64,000 nt of DNA from Lytechinus pictus (Eukaryota), in NCBI RefSeq assembly GCF_037042905.1, contig NC_087251.1, positions 38,504,001 to 38,568,000 on the forward strand, in the 5' to 3' direction. Below are positions 1 to 13,700 of this stretch, piece by piece. Position 1 is the first letter of the stretch. The number at the start of each line of letters is the position of its first letter. Position numbers and translations under genes: made by a program. The notes below the pieces were generated by a model that saw nothing but the letters and a program-made list of their open reading frames with translations, made no database searches and was not told the DNA's origin.

Positions 1-3000
1 AGATGGGTTAAGATGTGAGGTTTTCGTTTGAAGGCGACAGTAAGGCAGCTTATACACAAAACAAACTTCTATTTTTGCTTTATGTATGTTGCTATGAAAT
101 GTCTATGTGGTATGTATAATGAAGGCCATGCTGAGTTTTGGGTCTTGGGGGTTATTGCAAGAAACTTATGTTCAAATCCCAATCATATAAACATTTAACA
201 TCAATTGCAACACAACAACCGTATTGATTTCAGGATTTCATTGGTCTACTGTGAAACCAGGACCATGCTTTACGAGACTTGTTATAAATGGCAGCTAGTT
301 TATGAGCTTCTATCATTAACCACTTAAATTGGTGCAATTTGATTGGTTGATATAAAAAAAAATTCATATAGTCCTAACATTTGTTATTGATTTTATAACA
401 GGTTTGTAAAATGGGGCATGGAGTCCTGTTTCACAAAACTTTCTGTCAATCACAGATGCCAGGTAATGTGTGATAAATATGCTCTTGGCCAATCAAGTAT
501 CAGGATTTTAGTAGCTTATTACATGGCAGATGCTTGTAAACTACCTGGAGAACTTGCTTTGTGAAACATGGTACAGAAGATCGTGAAAGCAATTTTTTTG
601 CATTCACACCTGGGCAATTCCATAAAATTATCAACCTTTACGTCCGACCCCCAATTTTCTCAAGTCTTAATTCACTTTTTAAACTGACAGTCATGGTCCT
701 TTGAGAACATTACAGACTGTCAAAAGAAATCAGAGACAGAAAATTTTGTGTGAAGATCCCACGTATAGGGGGGTCGGACGTACATATTTTATGGAATTGC
801 AGCGAAAGCGACTCCACACTGACCAAAGCTATTACGTTATTCCCATTGGCATGCCATTAGTCAGGTCAGAGTCAGTTTTGTATGTGCCTGACACCCTATG
901 GAGTGTTGCAAGAAACTAGCAATTGATCGCAAGTCAATTTTAGGTCGCAAAGTCAGTTTTAAATCATGCATTTAATTGCAAAATTACAACTGATTGATCT
1001 GCTTCTTGCATCAACAAGTATAAATTTATTTGCTTTATTCAAAGTTGATCTATCAATTGTAAATTTTCATCTGAAATTTGCAATCGATTGCAAATATTTT
1101 CTTGCAACAACCCCCCTTAGACAGGTTAGATATACAGTGGAGGGAACAACAGGAATGAGTGAAATTCCACAAAATACAAATTTCTGTATAAATTCAGCCA
1201 TTGAATTCAACATTCATATGGAACAAAGAGTATATATGTGTCATAAGGTGCAACAAAAATACGTTCAGTAAAAGGTAAGTCCCAATACTAAGCGTAATTG
1301 GGCATTGCAAGAAATTTGCTTTTATTCAAAGTAAACCTGCTTGACTTTTGGCCTTACTCTTGATTTGGAATTGAGTGTAAGTTTGTTGCAACTTCACAAT
1401 AGAAAGTGAGTTGATGTTTGTAGATTGGGTTTCTGGAAGTATATGTATTTTTGTGTAGTGAAATAGAAACGTGCACAATTATGGATCATATAGTATAGTC
1501 TTCTTTACATAGGATTAGACTTATATAAGTAGTGTGCTCATGCATGCTACAAAACACGATGCGAACCAAGTCGTTCTCTCTCACTGTTTCTGTACAGCTG
1601 AATGTAGTATAAAATACTAGTAGTTCCCTATTTTTATGTAAATTCTAGAATCATGTATTTGTGTGATCTATTTACAAATCTGCTATCAACCGTTTTCATT
1701 GTTGTTGTTTTTTTCTTTTTATAAAGGTGTGTGAACTCTCATTGACGATGAGAAATAATATTGAGATATTTTTGGCCATCTTACTGCACTCTCAAAACAA
1801 TTCTACTGTACAACATATATATCTTTCATGTATTGTTTGAAAATCATGTGAAATAATATGAAAATGTTCTAAAATCATGTACATATTACAATGTTATATG
1901 AATGGTTTGTACAGATTGTCTGTAGTACTCTGTACTATAGACAGTATAGTGCACATATTTTTATGCTTTTCTAATCTTGTGCAGAGATTAGATACCATCT
2001 CAAGTTCTCAACATGATGTATTAATAGAAAAGGCCCTGTTTCACAAATCTGAGTCATTGATTGTAGTGCCAATCTATCACATTGAAATCGAACATACATG
2101 TACAAATCACCTGTATAATCAGTTGCTAATATTTGTGTTACCTGGTCCAGTTTCACAAATCATGAATGTAGCTAGAATAATATATTCAGTAACAAAGTAA
2201 CTAAGGGAGGACATTAAGAACATTCACTGTTAGCAACTGTAGAATAATGAGTGAACGTCATATTGTTATATATGTACTGTTAATGATTGTATTCAGTGTT
2301 TCTATGGAAACTCGTCAGATAAAATGTGAAAAAAATATATAGTTTATATTTTGATAATGGATCATGAAGTACAGTAAAATATTTTGACTGTATCTTAACC
2401 AATATTTGTTCATTCACATGAAATGAACATATTTTTTGTTCTTGTTTGCTAAAGATTTTAACTGAAATAGGTATTTGGTATTAATGAATTCAATCATTGT
2501 CCTTTAATTGTGTTTTTCTGTCAATGTGGTTATTTTTAATAAACATATATATTTAGACACACTTGACCACTAAAATATCTGAGGTTATTCTAAGATTGAA
2601 CACCAATAATCGATCAACATTATACAATATATAAAAATCACTTCTCAATTTCGTGTCAAAAGAGTAATGCAAAGTAAAACAAATGGTAATGATGCATCAC
2701 AAATTGATAACTATAATTTGGTCATCACTTAATGTTTACATAAAATAAAGACAACATTCTTTGTAATTTATTTTGTAAATTGTGTCAATTCCTATTACAT
2801 ATCCATGTCCTGACGACAACAAAAAATATATATCTTAAATGGGGCTCACAATAATATCTTGTTGAAATACCCTTCTAATATGATGATAGGTTAAACATAC
2901 AATATCTTTCAAATTGATCAAAATTCAGCATATACAATTTTAAGTTAAATGGGAACCATCATTTTTTAACAATTCCTTACCATATTATTCAATACTCAAA

Positions 3001-4734
3001 ATTGACCGATGTTGAGACACTTAAGTTTAAGTATCTAAAGTTGAGTCTTGACTTTTGAATTCTACCTTCACTTTTAATCTTCATTTTATTTCTTATTTGT
3101 ATTTGAAGGAATATAAGATCACATATGTTTTTTTAATGATATATTTTTGTTGTCTTCTCCTCCCAGTTCACTTGTACTAGATTATTTTGTGTGATTTCAT
3201 GAATATATACCATATTTCATTTCCCTGAAAGATGTAGTAGATTACAAACTTTCAATTGATGTACCAAATGTACTCTTTGTCTCTTTTAATATATTATTTT
3301 TTTAAATTCTCTTTGCCTCATATGTGATTCCATTTGCTAGTTCTAAAACATTACATGATTGTGTACCAAGTAATTTTCAATGACGGAAAAAAATATCATG
3401 GTACACAACTTGTATTACATTTTGTACTGTGAAAGAAAACGAACCAACCTTCCGACTGTTGTGTACAATTTTGTGAAGTTGAACTCTCAAGCCATGATCC
3501 ATCTCACTGAATCTTTTGTCGAGTGTAGATGTGTTCAATTCGGATTTTAAGATGGACTATTCTGTATTTCAATGTGGTCAAATTTGTGTTCATACTTGTA
3601 AAATAAAAGCATATACCATATGTTAATATACATGTAAACAAGGGCAAAAGGTGATGCTATATACGTGTATGTGAAAAAATATGGATTACATATTTTTAAA
3701 AATCACATGAAAAAATGTTGAATTTTTAAAGTAAATTATCTTGCTTTCTGTCATGTCGTGTGAATTCATAAGATTGACATTGTTTTATCTCTGTGCTTTG
3801 CGGGCAAAAGTACTATTTTTTCTTTTGTAGAATTCATGTTTATGTTACATTTTTAACTTTAGAATAAAATGTATAGTGAATGTTACCTCAATTTTAACTA
3901 GAATAAGAATGAAAATGAAAAAAAAAATAAGGATTGCACAAAACAGAATTTGATTGCTGTTTGTATGAATGTTATATTTTCATTTGTTCTAATGTCAGTT
4001 CATTCTTTCAGAATGGACTAGCTATTTGTGTCAATTCAAACAATATTTATATCATGGTCATTATTACTTATTCATAGCCACGTAAAAAGTACCATTATTT
4101 CAGAGAATGCTATCAATTTTTCATTCTATTCCTGTCCAACGCGATTGAGCGTGATAAAATACATTGATGATAAAAACTTGAGGAATAAACTTGTTCGTAT
4201 AGTCCGAGATAGATGTGAATAGATTTTACATTTGGATCCCACACAGGTACTGATTTAGAAATTACATACTAGGAATATTAATAATTATTGGTTAAATATG
4301 TGAGCAGTCCCACCTCATGTATTGCAAAATGAAAGCAGATTTCTGGATGCTTTACATTGTATACATTTAAATTCAAAATGCTTGTAGATTCTATAATCTC
4401 TTTGTTCAATATATTTTGATTATGTACAGAGCGTGCTGCATGAATATTCTCCCCTCCTCCCTTATAATGTGTAATTATTGTACAGTGCTTGGAAGTGGTT
4501 CTATAGTTCAGGTATTTTTACTTCAGCTTTTTTCTGTTGCATGATTGATAAAAAAAGGTGTTGTTACTTTTCATTTTTGTTGTCGTCTATCCTTCTTGTT
4601 CTTGCTTAAAGTATATATCCTTGTAAATAATGAGTTTGTATACATGCACATGAAATGGTTGAAATAAACATGTGAGTATGAAATGAAGGCTATACTCTGT
4701 GGTACTCATTCATTTTCAAATGTACGTTGATAAG

Positions 4735-5617
4735 AAAGAGTGAAGATATCGAGAGAAGGAAGGAGGTAGAGGAAACAGAAAAGGAAAGAGATCAAGAGAG
4801 AAAGAGGGAGCAAAAAGAGGGAGAAACAAGAATATAGAGAGATAATGAAAGAGAGAGAGAAGAAGTAGAAAGTAACGTGAATGAATTACAGAGAGAATCG
4901 GAGAAAGAAAAGAATGAAGAGAAAGGAGGAAAGATAAATGAGAGTGAAGAGAGAGAGGGAGGATCAAGACAGAAAGGGAGGAAAAAAGGAGAAAGAAACG
5001 ATCAAATGAAGCAAATGAAAGGAAGAGAATGGGAAACAAAAATTATGAAGAAAACAAAGTTAAGGTATGTAGAATTCTAGAGAGAGGGAAAGAAGAGAAA
5101 GAAGCAGGAGGGAGAAGAAAATGTTGGAATAAGAGGGAAATAAGCAAATAAAGAGTAAGAGAGAAAAGTGAGGGAAAAGAAAATTAAAAGAAGCAAGATA
5201 CTGGAGAGGAAAAAAAATGGGGAAAAGAGACGAAAAAAATACCAAAATGAAGAAAAAGAAAGAAGAGCGCCGAAAACAAGAAAAAAAAAATAATAGAGCA
5301 GATGGTGATAGAAGGGGCCGGAAAGATAAGAAAATGAGAAACAAATAGAAGGAATGTGAGGGAAAATTGAAAAGATTGAAGAGAGTGAGAGATGGAAGAA
5401 GGAGAAACAATAGAAAGAGAGAGAGAGATACATGAAGATAGAGGAGAGAGGGGGAATGAGAGTGAAGACAAATTAGAGAAGATGGGAGAACAAGAAAAAG
5501 AAGATAATCGAGAAAAAGAAAGAGAGAAATACAAGAATTAAAAAGAAAAGTGAGAGTGGGAGAGACAAAAAATAATAATCGAAAGAGAAAAAGAAAGATA
5601 GAAAAGGGAAGAACCAT
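4735..5617. repeat. Polypurine (GA-rich) low-complexity tract
   Basis: About 880 bp of almost only A/G on the + strand; explains the Phe/Leu/Ser-rich spurious ORFs. Confidence 0.9.
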
Positions 5618-5938
5618 GAACCTGCAATGACATAGTTGGGTGAGCTTGGACTGACATATCAGACTGTTAGTGGAAATCCGAAACTAAAAGAAAGAGTCAG
5701 ATGTAGCAAATAATTAACAAAGATAAAGATCGCACGGATTGGTGCACAAGAGAAACAAAGAATGATGTAGAGAGACGGGGTGGGGGCAAAGTAACGGAAT
5801 TGGTTTAGAATGTGCCAAGTTCCATTAATAATTATTTTTCGTAGATAAAAATTAGCTGTCATATTGATGTTATCATTATTTTGATTATTTTTTAATGATA
5901 TTTGTTATCATCATTAACATCGTCATCATCATCATCAT

Positions 5939-8109
5939 CAGTGGCGGAGGCTTATTATAATCACTCGGGTCGCGTTCGCGTTCGAAATCACTCGGGTCGC
6001 GTTCGAAATCACTCGGGTTTGGGATTTTTGGCGATTTTTTTTTATTTCGATGCGATTTTTTTTATAACGGTGTCTTCAATGGGACAAACACGCTGGGAAA
6101 ATGAAATGAAATTGAAATTCTAGTTTCGTGTTAAGCTGACAAGTGCCTCAAATAAAATGCACCCGCCTACTGCTTAATATAACAAACAAGCAAATCAGAC
6201 ATGTGGCTCAACTATCCTAGAATACATCCAGACTTCTACTGTTTTTATACGAGGACTCCGAGTCGGAACTTGCCATATCTGCCACATCGATATGACATCG
6301 TCATTCCCATGTGCGGACATGCATGCCTGCATGCAATGGCCCCAAGGCGGAACCCGGCCACGGTCGGACACGGCGTGCATCGGTAGCATGGAGCAAGGTA
6401 ACGTGAGTCGAGCCGAGTTAGATCCCACGTTACAGTGCCAGTCAGTCCGCAGCTCGTCCAAAAGTATTTAATTCAGCGGTATGCATAGCCAGCCATCCGT
6501 GGTTTAATGCATATATACGTAATTAGACCAAGAGCTTCGGTCTCTGCAATGTTCGTTGTTCCGCTGAACTCCGATAGCTCCACTCACCAATACAGAGACG
6601 GAAGTTCTAGCTCGATCTGTACAGGGACTCAATGGCCATATGTTTATGCATTAAGTTCCAATAAAACGGGGAAGTGAAGTTGCGCGACAGCCGAAGCAAT
6701 TAGTTACTGTTGTTTCCCCTTTTAAGTTTATTTTCCCTTTTTTGGTGCATTTTAGGACAAAACGGAATGATAATCTTTATTTGATACAGTTCTTTTCATA
6801 TATTTTTATGAAATAAAGACAAAAATCGATGAGCGCCGTCTGGGGGATTTTGCATTGTTAACCCCGTAATGATGGTTGCACCATAGCGAGCCGTCTGTGT
6901 ACGAGGAGAAATAAAAATGTTAAAAAACTCGAAACAGACGGCTACCAGCTGTCTAATACGTAATGAGCTTTGAGGACGATCTTTCCGATAGGCGTTTTAA
7001 AATTCTGCTCTTAATCACTGTCCATTTCTCATAAAATTTGTCTTATTTTATAGATTAAATGGCCATATCATGTTTTAAGTAACTGGAGACTTAAAAATTT
7101 CCCTACCTAAATTCTCGAAACATTGCATTAGGTGATGTGCTTAATTGATCTTCTTTGTGCTCGCGTGCCAAACGTATACGTTGAGCTGAACGGGGATCAG
7201 TCTTTCTCTCTCTCTGTCTCTCCTACCTTTCCGAAATTAAAACGGTCCCTCGATCGGACATAGTTATTCAGACGCAGGCCAAATAATGCTCTGACAACCA
7301 AACTAACTTTTCGTCAGCATCAGTAAAAATGTGAATGGGCTTTTAAAAACTAATACTAAAACTGATCTAAAATTGATCTTAGATCGATCTTAAAATTGAT
7401 TTTGGAAATCGATTTTAAATTAATTTTAAAATCGTAATTGTACCTGTTCTAATTAACCGATTTTAAAATCGGCTCCCGATTTTACCACAATCGGCGATCA
7501 CCTGCCAATCTTCGATCATGCCCCTTGAAGGGAAAATCGGATATAAAATATCGGCGTAGATCACGTTACCTTGCTCCATGCTACCGATGCACGCCGTGTC
7601 CGACCGTGGCCGGGTCCCGCCTTGGGGCCATTGCATGCAGGCATGCATGTCCGCACATGGGAATGACGATGTAATATCGATGTGGCAGATATGGCAAGTT
7701 CCGACTCGGAGTCCTCGTATAAAAACAGTAGAAGTCTGGATGTATTCTAGGATAGTTAAGCCACATGGCTGATTTGCTTGTTTGTTATGTTAAGCAGTAG
7801 GCGAGTGCATTTTATTCAAGGCACTTGCCGGCTTAACACGAAACTAGAATTTCAATTTCATTTCATTTTCCAAGCGTGTTTGTCCCATTGAAGACATCAA
7901 ATCGCATCGAAATAAAAAAAATCCCAAACCCGAGTGATTACGAACGCGACCCGAGTGATTTCGAACGCGAACGCGACCCGAGTGATTATAATAAGCCGTG
8001 GCGGACCGTGACCCGGAGGAGACAAAGCATTGGAGGGGCACTGTATTCTTTGTGAACAATGCTGTGCCCCTCCAATGCTTTGTCTCCTCTGGGTCACGGT
8101 CCGCCACTG
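5939..8109. mobile_element. Small palindromic CAGTGGCGGA MITE, split by the 2-kb element
   Basis: Removing 5949-8005 restores CAGTGGCGGACCGTGACCC...GGGTCACGGTCCGCCACTG, a ~115-bp hairpin. Confidence 0.85.
5949..7997. mobile_element. Non-autonomous DNA transposon with ~450-bp TIRs and 8-bp TSD (superfamily uncertain; GG termini plus 8-bp TSD fit Merlin-like)
   Basis: GGCTTATTATAATCACTCGGG...CCCGAGTGATTATAATAAGCC; arms about 5949-6406 and 7561-7997; GTGGCGGA duplicated at 5941-5948 and 7998-8005. Confidence 0.9.
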
Positions 8110-8553
8110 ATCACAATATCCGTAGCACAGTATTTCAATCATTATCGTCGTCGTCATTGGTAATCTTTTCATTATCATTACAGAGATAGTAGAGAAAAAG
8201 AATGAAAGGAAAAGGGACTAGGAGTAGAAAGGGCAACGAGAGGGAGAATTAAAGAGAGAGATAGAGAGGGAGGGGTTTCGCGTTCAGGCCGGGTCAAGGA
8301 AGAATAAAATTAAAGACAATGAATGGAAGAGAGGACGGGGGAGACAATGGAGACATGACTTTAAAGAGAAAAGATGAAGCAAATGAAATCATAGCCTACA
8401 TGTATATACAGGGGCCGATCAAAATACAGTAACGAAGAAATGGATCGATTCCTGATATTGTCCTTCTTGATTTTATTTTATTTATTTATTTCTGCATTCA
8501 CATCAGTATCAGAATTACAAAAATACATGTACATATATACAATATATACAAAG

Positions 8554-8871
8554 CACCAGCGTACCTACGGGGGGGGGGGCAGAGGGGGCAGACTGCCTCC
8601 CCTGACGAGTCACAACCCATGCAAGAGACATATCCCTGCCCCCCTGACGAGTCTTGAAGACCCTTTTTTTTTTTTGCTTGTCAAATTTTTTTCTGGTACG
8701 AAATCTTTTATTTGTGGTTGAAGACCTTTTTTTTTTTGTGTCAAATATTTTGGCGGACGAGATCCTTATTTGTGGTTGAAGACCTTTTTTTTTTTTTTTG
8801 CTTGTCAAATTTTTGGGCGGACGAATTTGCCCCCCCCCCCCCCCCTGTGGAAAATCCTAGGTACGCCACTG
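8554..8871. mobile_element. hAT-like MITE with 8-bp TSD
   Basis: CACCAGCGTACCTACG...CCTAGGTACGCCACTG; ATACAAAG on both flanks; internal short tandem repeats. Confidence 0.85.
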
Positions 8872-9397
8872 ATACAAAGGTAATATATATGACAAAATAA
8901 TAATAGTCGTATAGTATAAATAGTGTAAATAAATATCAACAAGATGTATTATACATTTTTCAAAACAAGATTATCTAAAGGAATGTAGGAGACCGCCACC
9001 GTGAGCGATTAGGCTTGATGATGATGGAGGCCTCGTAAAGGTTCATATGTAGTTCTTCATTGATCAAGTGGGTGCGGTGCAGGTGTAGGTGCAGGTGCGG
9101 TAGAGAGCAGTTGAGATATTAACTTGAAGAGGGGGCTGCATAAGATGTAATAATGTTACGTTTAATAGTAGCTTTCAAGGAGTAAATTGTTGAACATGAT
9201 TTAATTTTGTCTGGAAGATTGTTCCAAATATCGGGAACAATATCATCATCTTCTTTTTTTTTTAGTAGAAAACAACCCAAACTAGAATAAGGCCAAAACT
9301 ATTCAATCCAAAGAAGGACTTGATTTTTAAAGTTAATTTAATTACGAAAAAAATACAAGCAAAATAAATGAGAGAGGGAGATAAACAGGGATGGCAG

Positions 9398-9593
9398 CAG
9401 TAGCGTATACGCATGATTTTTGAAAGGGGGTTCAAGCTGAATCAATAGCTGACAAGAAAAAAAAGGTCTTCATCAAAAATTTGAGGTCATTTGGTACCAA
9501 TTGATTTATTGGGGGGGGGGGGGGTTGAACCCCTGTGACCACCTCTCTGCGTAAAAATGGGTTTTAATACCCCCCCCCCTGCGTATGCCACTG
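9398..9593. mobile_element. CAGTGGCG-type MITE
   Basis: CAGTAGCGTATACGCA...TGCGTATGCCACTG inverted ends; no clean TSD. Confidence 0.65.
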
Positions 9594-9763
9594 GGCCATG
9601 GCAGGACCAGTGTTGATTGGTTCAGCGAATTCAAAGCCAAAGACAATTCAACATAGAAAATAAAATGATGAACAATAATAGGTAAATTATCCAGGATTTT
9701 ACAACAATAATAAAGCTTAAAAGGATATAGATTAGTCATTTGGAAGATGGAACTATATATTAA

Positions 9764-10346
9764 AGGAGAATGAAACCCTTGAAACTAGCTGAATCCATAT
9801 CAAAGAGAAAAATCAAAGAAACATATTGTTGAAAGTTTGAGGAAGATTGAATGAATAATAAGAAAGTTATGAGCATTTGAATATTGAGATCACTAGTGCC
9901 ATGTAGATCCTCCTATCGGCAATGCGACCAAGATCTGTGATATCACACACGTACAACTCCCTCATTACTTTAGTACTTATTTCACTTATATTCTCACTTT
10001 TATAGAGTCTATCACAAGGTTAGGTGTTTTCTTCATGAGATGACAAGTACAGAGGTTTCACAACATTATATCATTGATGAATCGTTTGTCATATGATTAA
10101 AATGAGCAAAAAGAGATGTTTTGGGGTATATTTTCAGGGTCCGAATGGGAGAGTTGTACGTGTGTGACATCACAGATCTTGGTCGCATTGCCAATGGGAG
10201 GATCTCCATAGCATTAGTGATCTCGACATTCAAATGCTCATAACTCTTTTATTGCTAGTCCTATTTTACTCAAAGTTTTGTTGATCTTATTCTTTGATTT
10301 TTCTGCTTTCACAAAAGCTAACTTGCTCCAAGAGTTTCATTCTCCT
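9764..10346. mobile_element. TTAA-flanked palindromic MITE (Kolobok-like)
   Basis: TTAA|AGGAGAATGAAAC...GTTTCATTCTCCT|TTAA with long internal inverted arms. Confidence 0.85.
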
Positions 10347-10529
10347 TTAAGGACAGCGTGTAAATTTTGTCATAAGTACCGGTGTAATTTATTCTTTTCA
10401 TTGTTTGTACGGTAATCAAAGCTACCGTAGCTTAAAATGAAAATAGAGATGGTCGATGCGAGCATGCACTGCACTGGGGCATTTAGCAAAAGTTGATAAA
10501 AAGTGAAATGTTTGGCTATTCCTTCTAAT

Positions 10530-10717
10530 ATGGCGAGATTTTTATCTGCAGAAGCATCATTTGAAGATATTGATGACTGGTTCAAGATTGGCAAGGCCAA
10601 GCCATCATTCCCAGCTGCAATTTCCGCCAGTGCAACGGGAGGATCTGGAAAGTTGCGAACGGAGCGCTACGAGGAGTCACTGCGGAAGACACGGGCGAGG
10701 CAAGGCTTACAATCCCG
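10530..10717 (+). CDS. TDRD9: TDRD9 exon 1 (coding part)
   Basis: MARFLSAEASFEDIDDWFKIGK..., resembling the TDRD9 N-terminus; donor CG|GTAAAA, phase 2 fits exon 2. Confidence 0.8.
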
Positions 10718-13700
10718 GTAAAAACAAAACGTGTTCTCAGCTCTGCAGCTGCATATGGTGCAGACTGCAGGGGCCGATTGCACCAAAGGGTCTTTCCAAG
10801 GACCGTCTTTCGTGTCGCCCATCTTTTATGATGCGCTATAAGCGGGGTGTTTCTGAAATTTATGATAAACAAATACAATTCGTAAGCTTGCTTTTAAATC
10901 AAATTTTATACAATTTTGTGAGATATCATTATCAGTTATCACATCATTTTATAAACAAATATTTTGTTTATTTTAACGGACGAATTAAATATGTTTGCAG
11001 ATAATTTATTTGAAATGCGTTTCACATGGCGCATCATAAAAAATGGGCGACACGAAAGACGGTCCTTGCAAAGACCCTTTTGGCAATCGGCCCCAGGACT
11101 TACTGCGAGGGGGCGGAAAGAGTTCCTCTTGCGACAGCCACCCAAAATAACAAAATATTGTCTTGACTTCCGGTTCATTCAATTCCTGTTTCTCTAGATT
11201 TTGTCTCGCCTGCATAGCAGAGCGAGCCTGCGCTGCTTTTCCGACGGCGGTGGCGACGGCAGTGTCGTCAACATTTAAATCTTAACCAGGTCCAGGGACA
11301 GGGCACTCATTCAATGAACAAGGTTTTTGTTTTTGAAATGTCATAACTTAGAAAGTATATAGACCTAGTTCATGAAACTTGGACATAAGGGTAATCGAGT
11401 ATTACTGAACATCCTGCCTGAGCTGAGGTTCAGGTCACATGACTAAGGTCAAAGGTCATTTAGGTTCAATGAACTTGCATGTAGACCATGTTGGGGAATC
11501 AAAGACAATATCTAAAATCTTAACCAAGGTTAAGTTTTTGAAATGTTGTCATAACTTGGAAAGTATATGGACCTAGTTCATGAAACTTGGAGATAAGGAT
11601 AATAGTGTATCCCTGAACATCCTGCGCAAGTTTCAGGTCACATGATCAAGGTCAAAGGTCATTTAGGGTCAACAAACTGATAATGTTGGGAGTATTTGTG
11701 GAATTGTCATAACTTTAAAAGTTTATGGATCTACACACGTAGTTCATGAAACAGACATAAGGGTAATCAAGTATGTTTTGCACAAATTTAGGTCACATGA
11801 TCATGGTCAAAGTCATATTGGGTCATTGGACATAGTATTTTATTGAGTGTTTTCTTTTGTGAATAATTATTCAGTAGCTGTTTTCAAAGTCAGCACTGCT
11901 GCTATATCGAATCGCGAAATGCAGGCGAGACTGCCAGATGCGTTCCACTCGTTTGCGACAGCCACCCAAAATTGAAAATAAAGATGTGGAGAAGGTTCAA
12001 AATAATAAATCTAGGCCTAGCCCTAATATAGAACTTTATATGATGGGAGAGTTGCTTTATCCCGTCAAATTTTTTAGCAGGATCGAATGCGTGTAATTGT
12101 CCATAGACATCGGTTTATTTAGTCGGTGAAGGTAGGCAGGACAAAAAAACAAAAACAGCATTTGTACTAAAAAGCATTGCCTTAATATATTCTTTGTTTA
12201 ATAGCATTATTATCACAGACATTGCTAAAAACTAACCTTAAAATTTCCTAAATAGTGAAAAATGAGGTTTAAATACTCCATAAAATCATGTATGCATAGT
12301 GGTCCATCCCTATATGCTATACTGTGTGGGCTAGTGGCTAAAAATAGGCATTTAAAAGTCTTTATGCTGACCTAGGACTGTGTGAGCCTCTGAAAGGAGT
12401 CATGGAAACATGTCACATCAATAGATAATCAACTTGGCTGCCAGAAAATGTGAAGATGTTGCTAAGTTTAAGTACATTGTTCACTCAAAATATAGAAAGA
12501 AAATTTGAGGCGAACTCACCTACTTTTTGGACACATGTCTACAGCACAAATCTAGTGCTAGTAAAGGGTCTGAAAGCCTAGACTAGTTGAAGTATCGGCT
12601 TATAATCGCTAGAAAACCCCTTTTAGTATCAGCGTTTCTCGCTAGCATAGCAAGAAGAATCTTGACTGCAGTTACAACAATGTGAGTTTGAGTCCCAGCT
12701 AAGGTAAGAAACACTATAAAAAAAAACGGAAAGAGTTCCTCTTGCGACAGCCACCCAAAATAACAAAATATTGTTGAGACTTCTGGTTCATTCACTTCCT
12801 GTTTCTCTATCGTTTTTTTTGGTGTTTCTTATCTTAGCTGGGACTCTAACTCATGTCATTGTGATTGCAGTCAAGATTCTTCCCACTATGCTAGCGAGAA
12901 GCACTGATACCGGAAGGGGTTTTCCCGGGGGGGGGGGGGGGTTACTCAGTATAAATGTATATGATGTGCCACGGTTGAGACCCCCATTTTCAGCCTAAAT
13001 TTCCGTTCTAGAGCATCACCAATTCAGAAAGCCATAGAAATTCCCATTTTTATCCCGTTCCGGAGACCCTCAAATCTGTGATTTCTCGCTCCAAAGAGCG
13101 CCCATGATCTACCTGGCCAGTCAGAGCGGCGAGCTCGATCGGCGCGGAGCACTTAGGCCAGCCTACCGTAGCTCCCCGCGCCCGCAGCTAGCTTGCGCTG
13201 GCCCGATATGAATCTAGCAAGACGCGTGCGCATTTTCTTACATAGCCTAATGAGTTCTGGAGACCCCCGTTTTTTATGTGGTCCTTTCCAGAGCATTGCA
13301 TTTTAAGCAATCATTGATCCAAGAGCCGTTCCGGAGAACCCCGTTTTAAGACCAAGATTTAGTTCCAGAGCCCCCTGTTTTCTAGTTGGCGCGGCACGTA
13401 GGTATGTTAAAATTTGAGTACCCCCCCTAGCAATCATAAGCCGATACCCCGACTTATCTAGGCTTTCAGACCCTTTACTGACTAAATAAACCAATGTCTA
13501 TGGACAATTACTCACACTCGATTCTGTTAAAAAAATTGACGGAATAAGGCCAAGAGATAGTGATGAGAGCCCTAGCAAAGCAATCTTCTGAACCGGTTTC
13601 CTAATAAACCGGTTTACAGGAAACCAGTTAAAAAAAGTGGATGAGAACGGTGTCCTAGTACACCTTCAAGACCTAATTCCCTCTTAAGTATGGAGTGCTA

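Noticed and set aside
1..4700. 3' UTR of an upstream gene
   Set aside because: Composition and AATAAA sites are suggestive, but no coding exon can be identified in the window
4716..5617. Several 100-185-aa ORFs rich in Phe/Leu/Ser or Glu/Lys/Arg
   Set aside because: By-products of the purine/pyrimidine low-complexity tract
6195..7772. Two near-identical ORF pairs on opposite strands
   Set aside because: They are the two TIR arms of one element; no protein motif recognised
10561..11004. 147-aa ORF overlapping exon 1
   Set aside because: Alternative frame running into a MITE; no recognisable motifs
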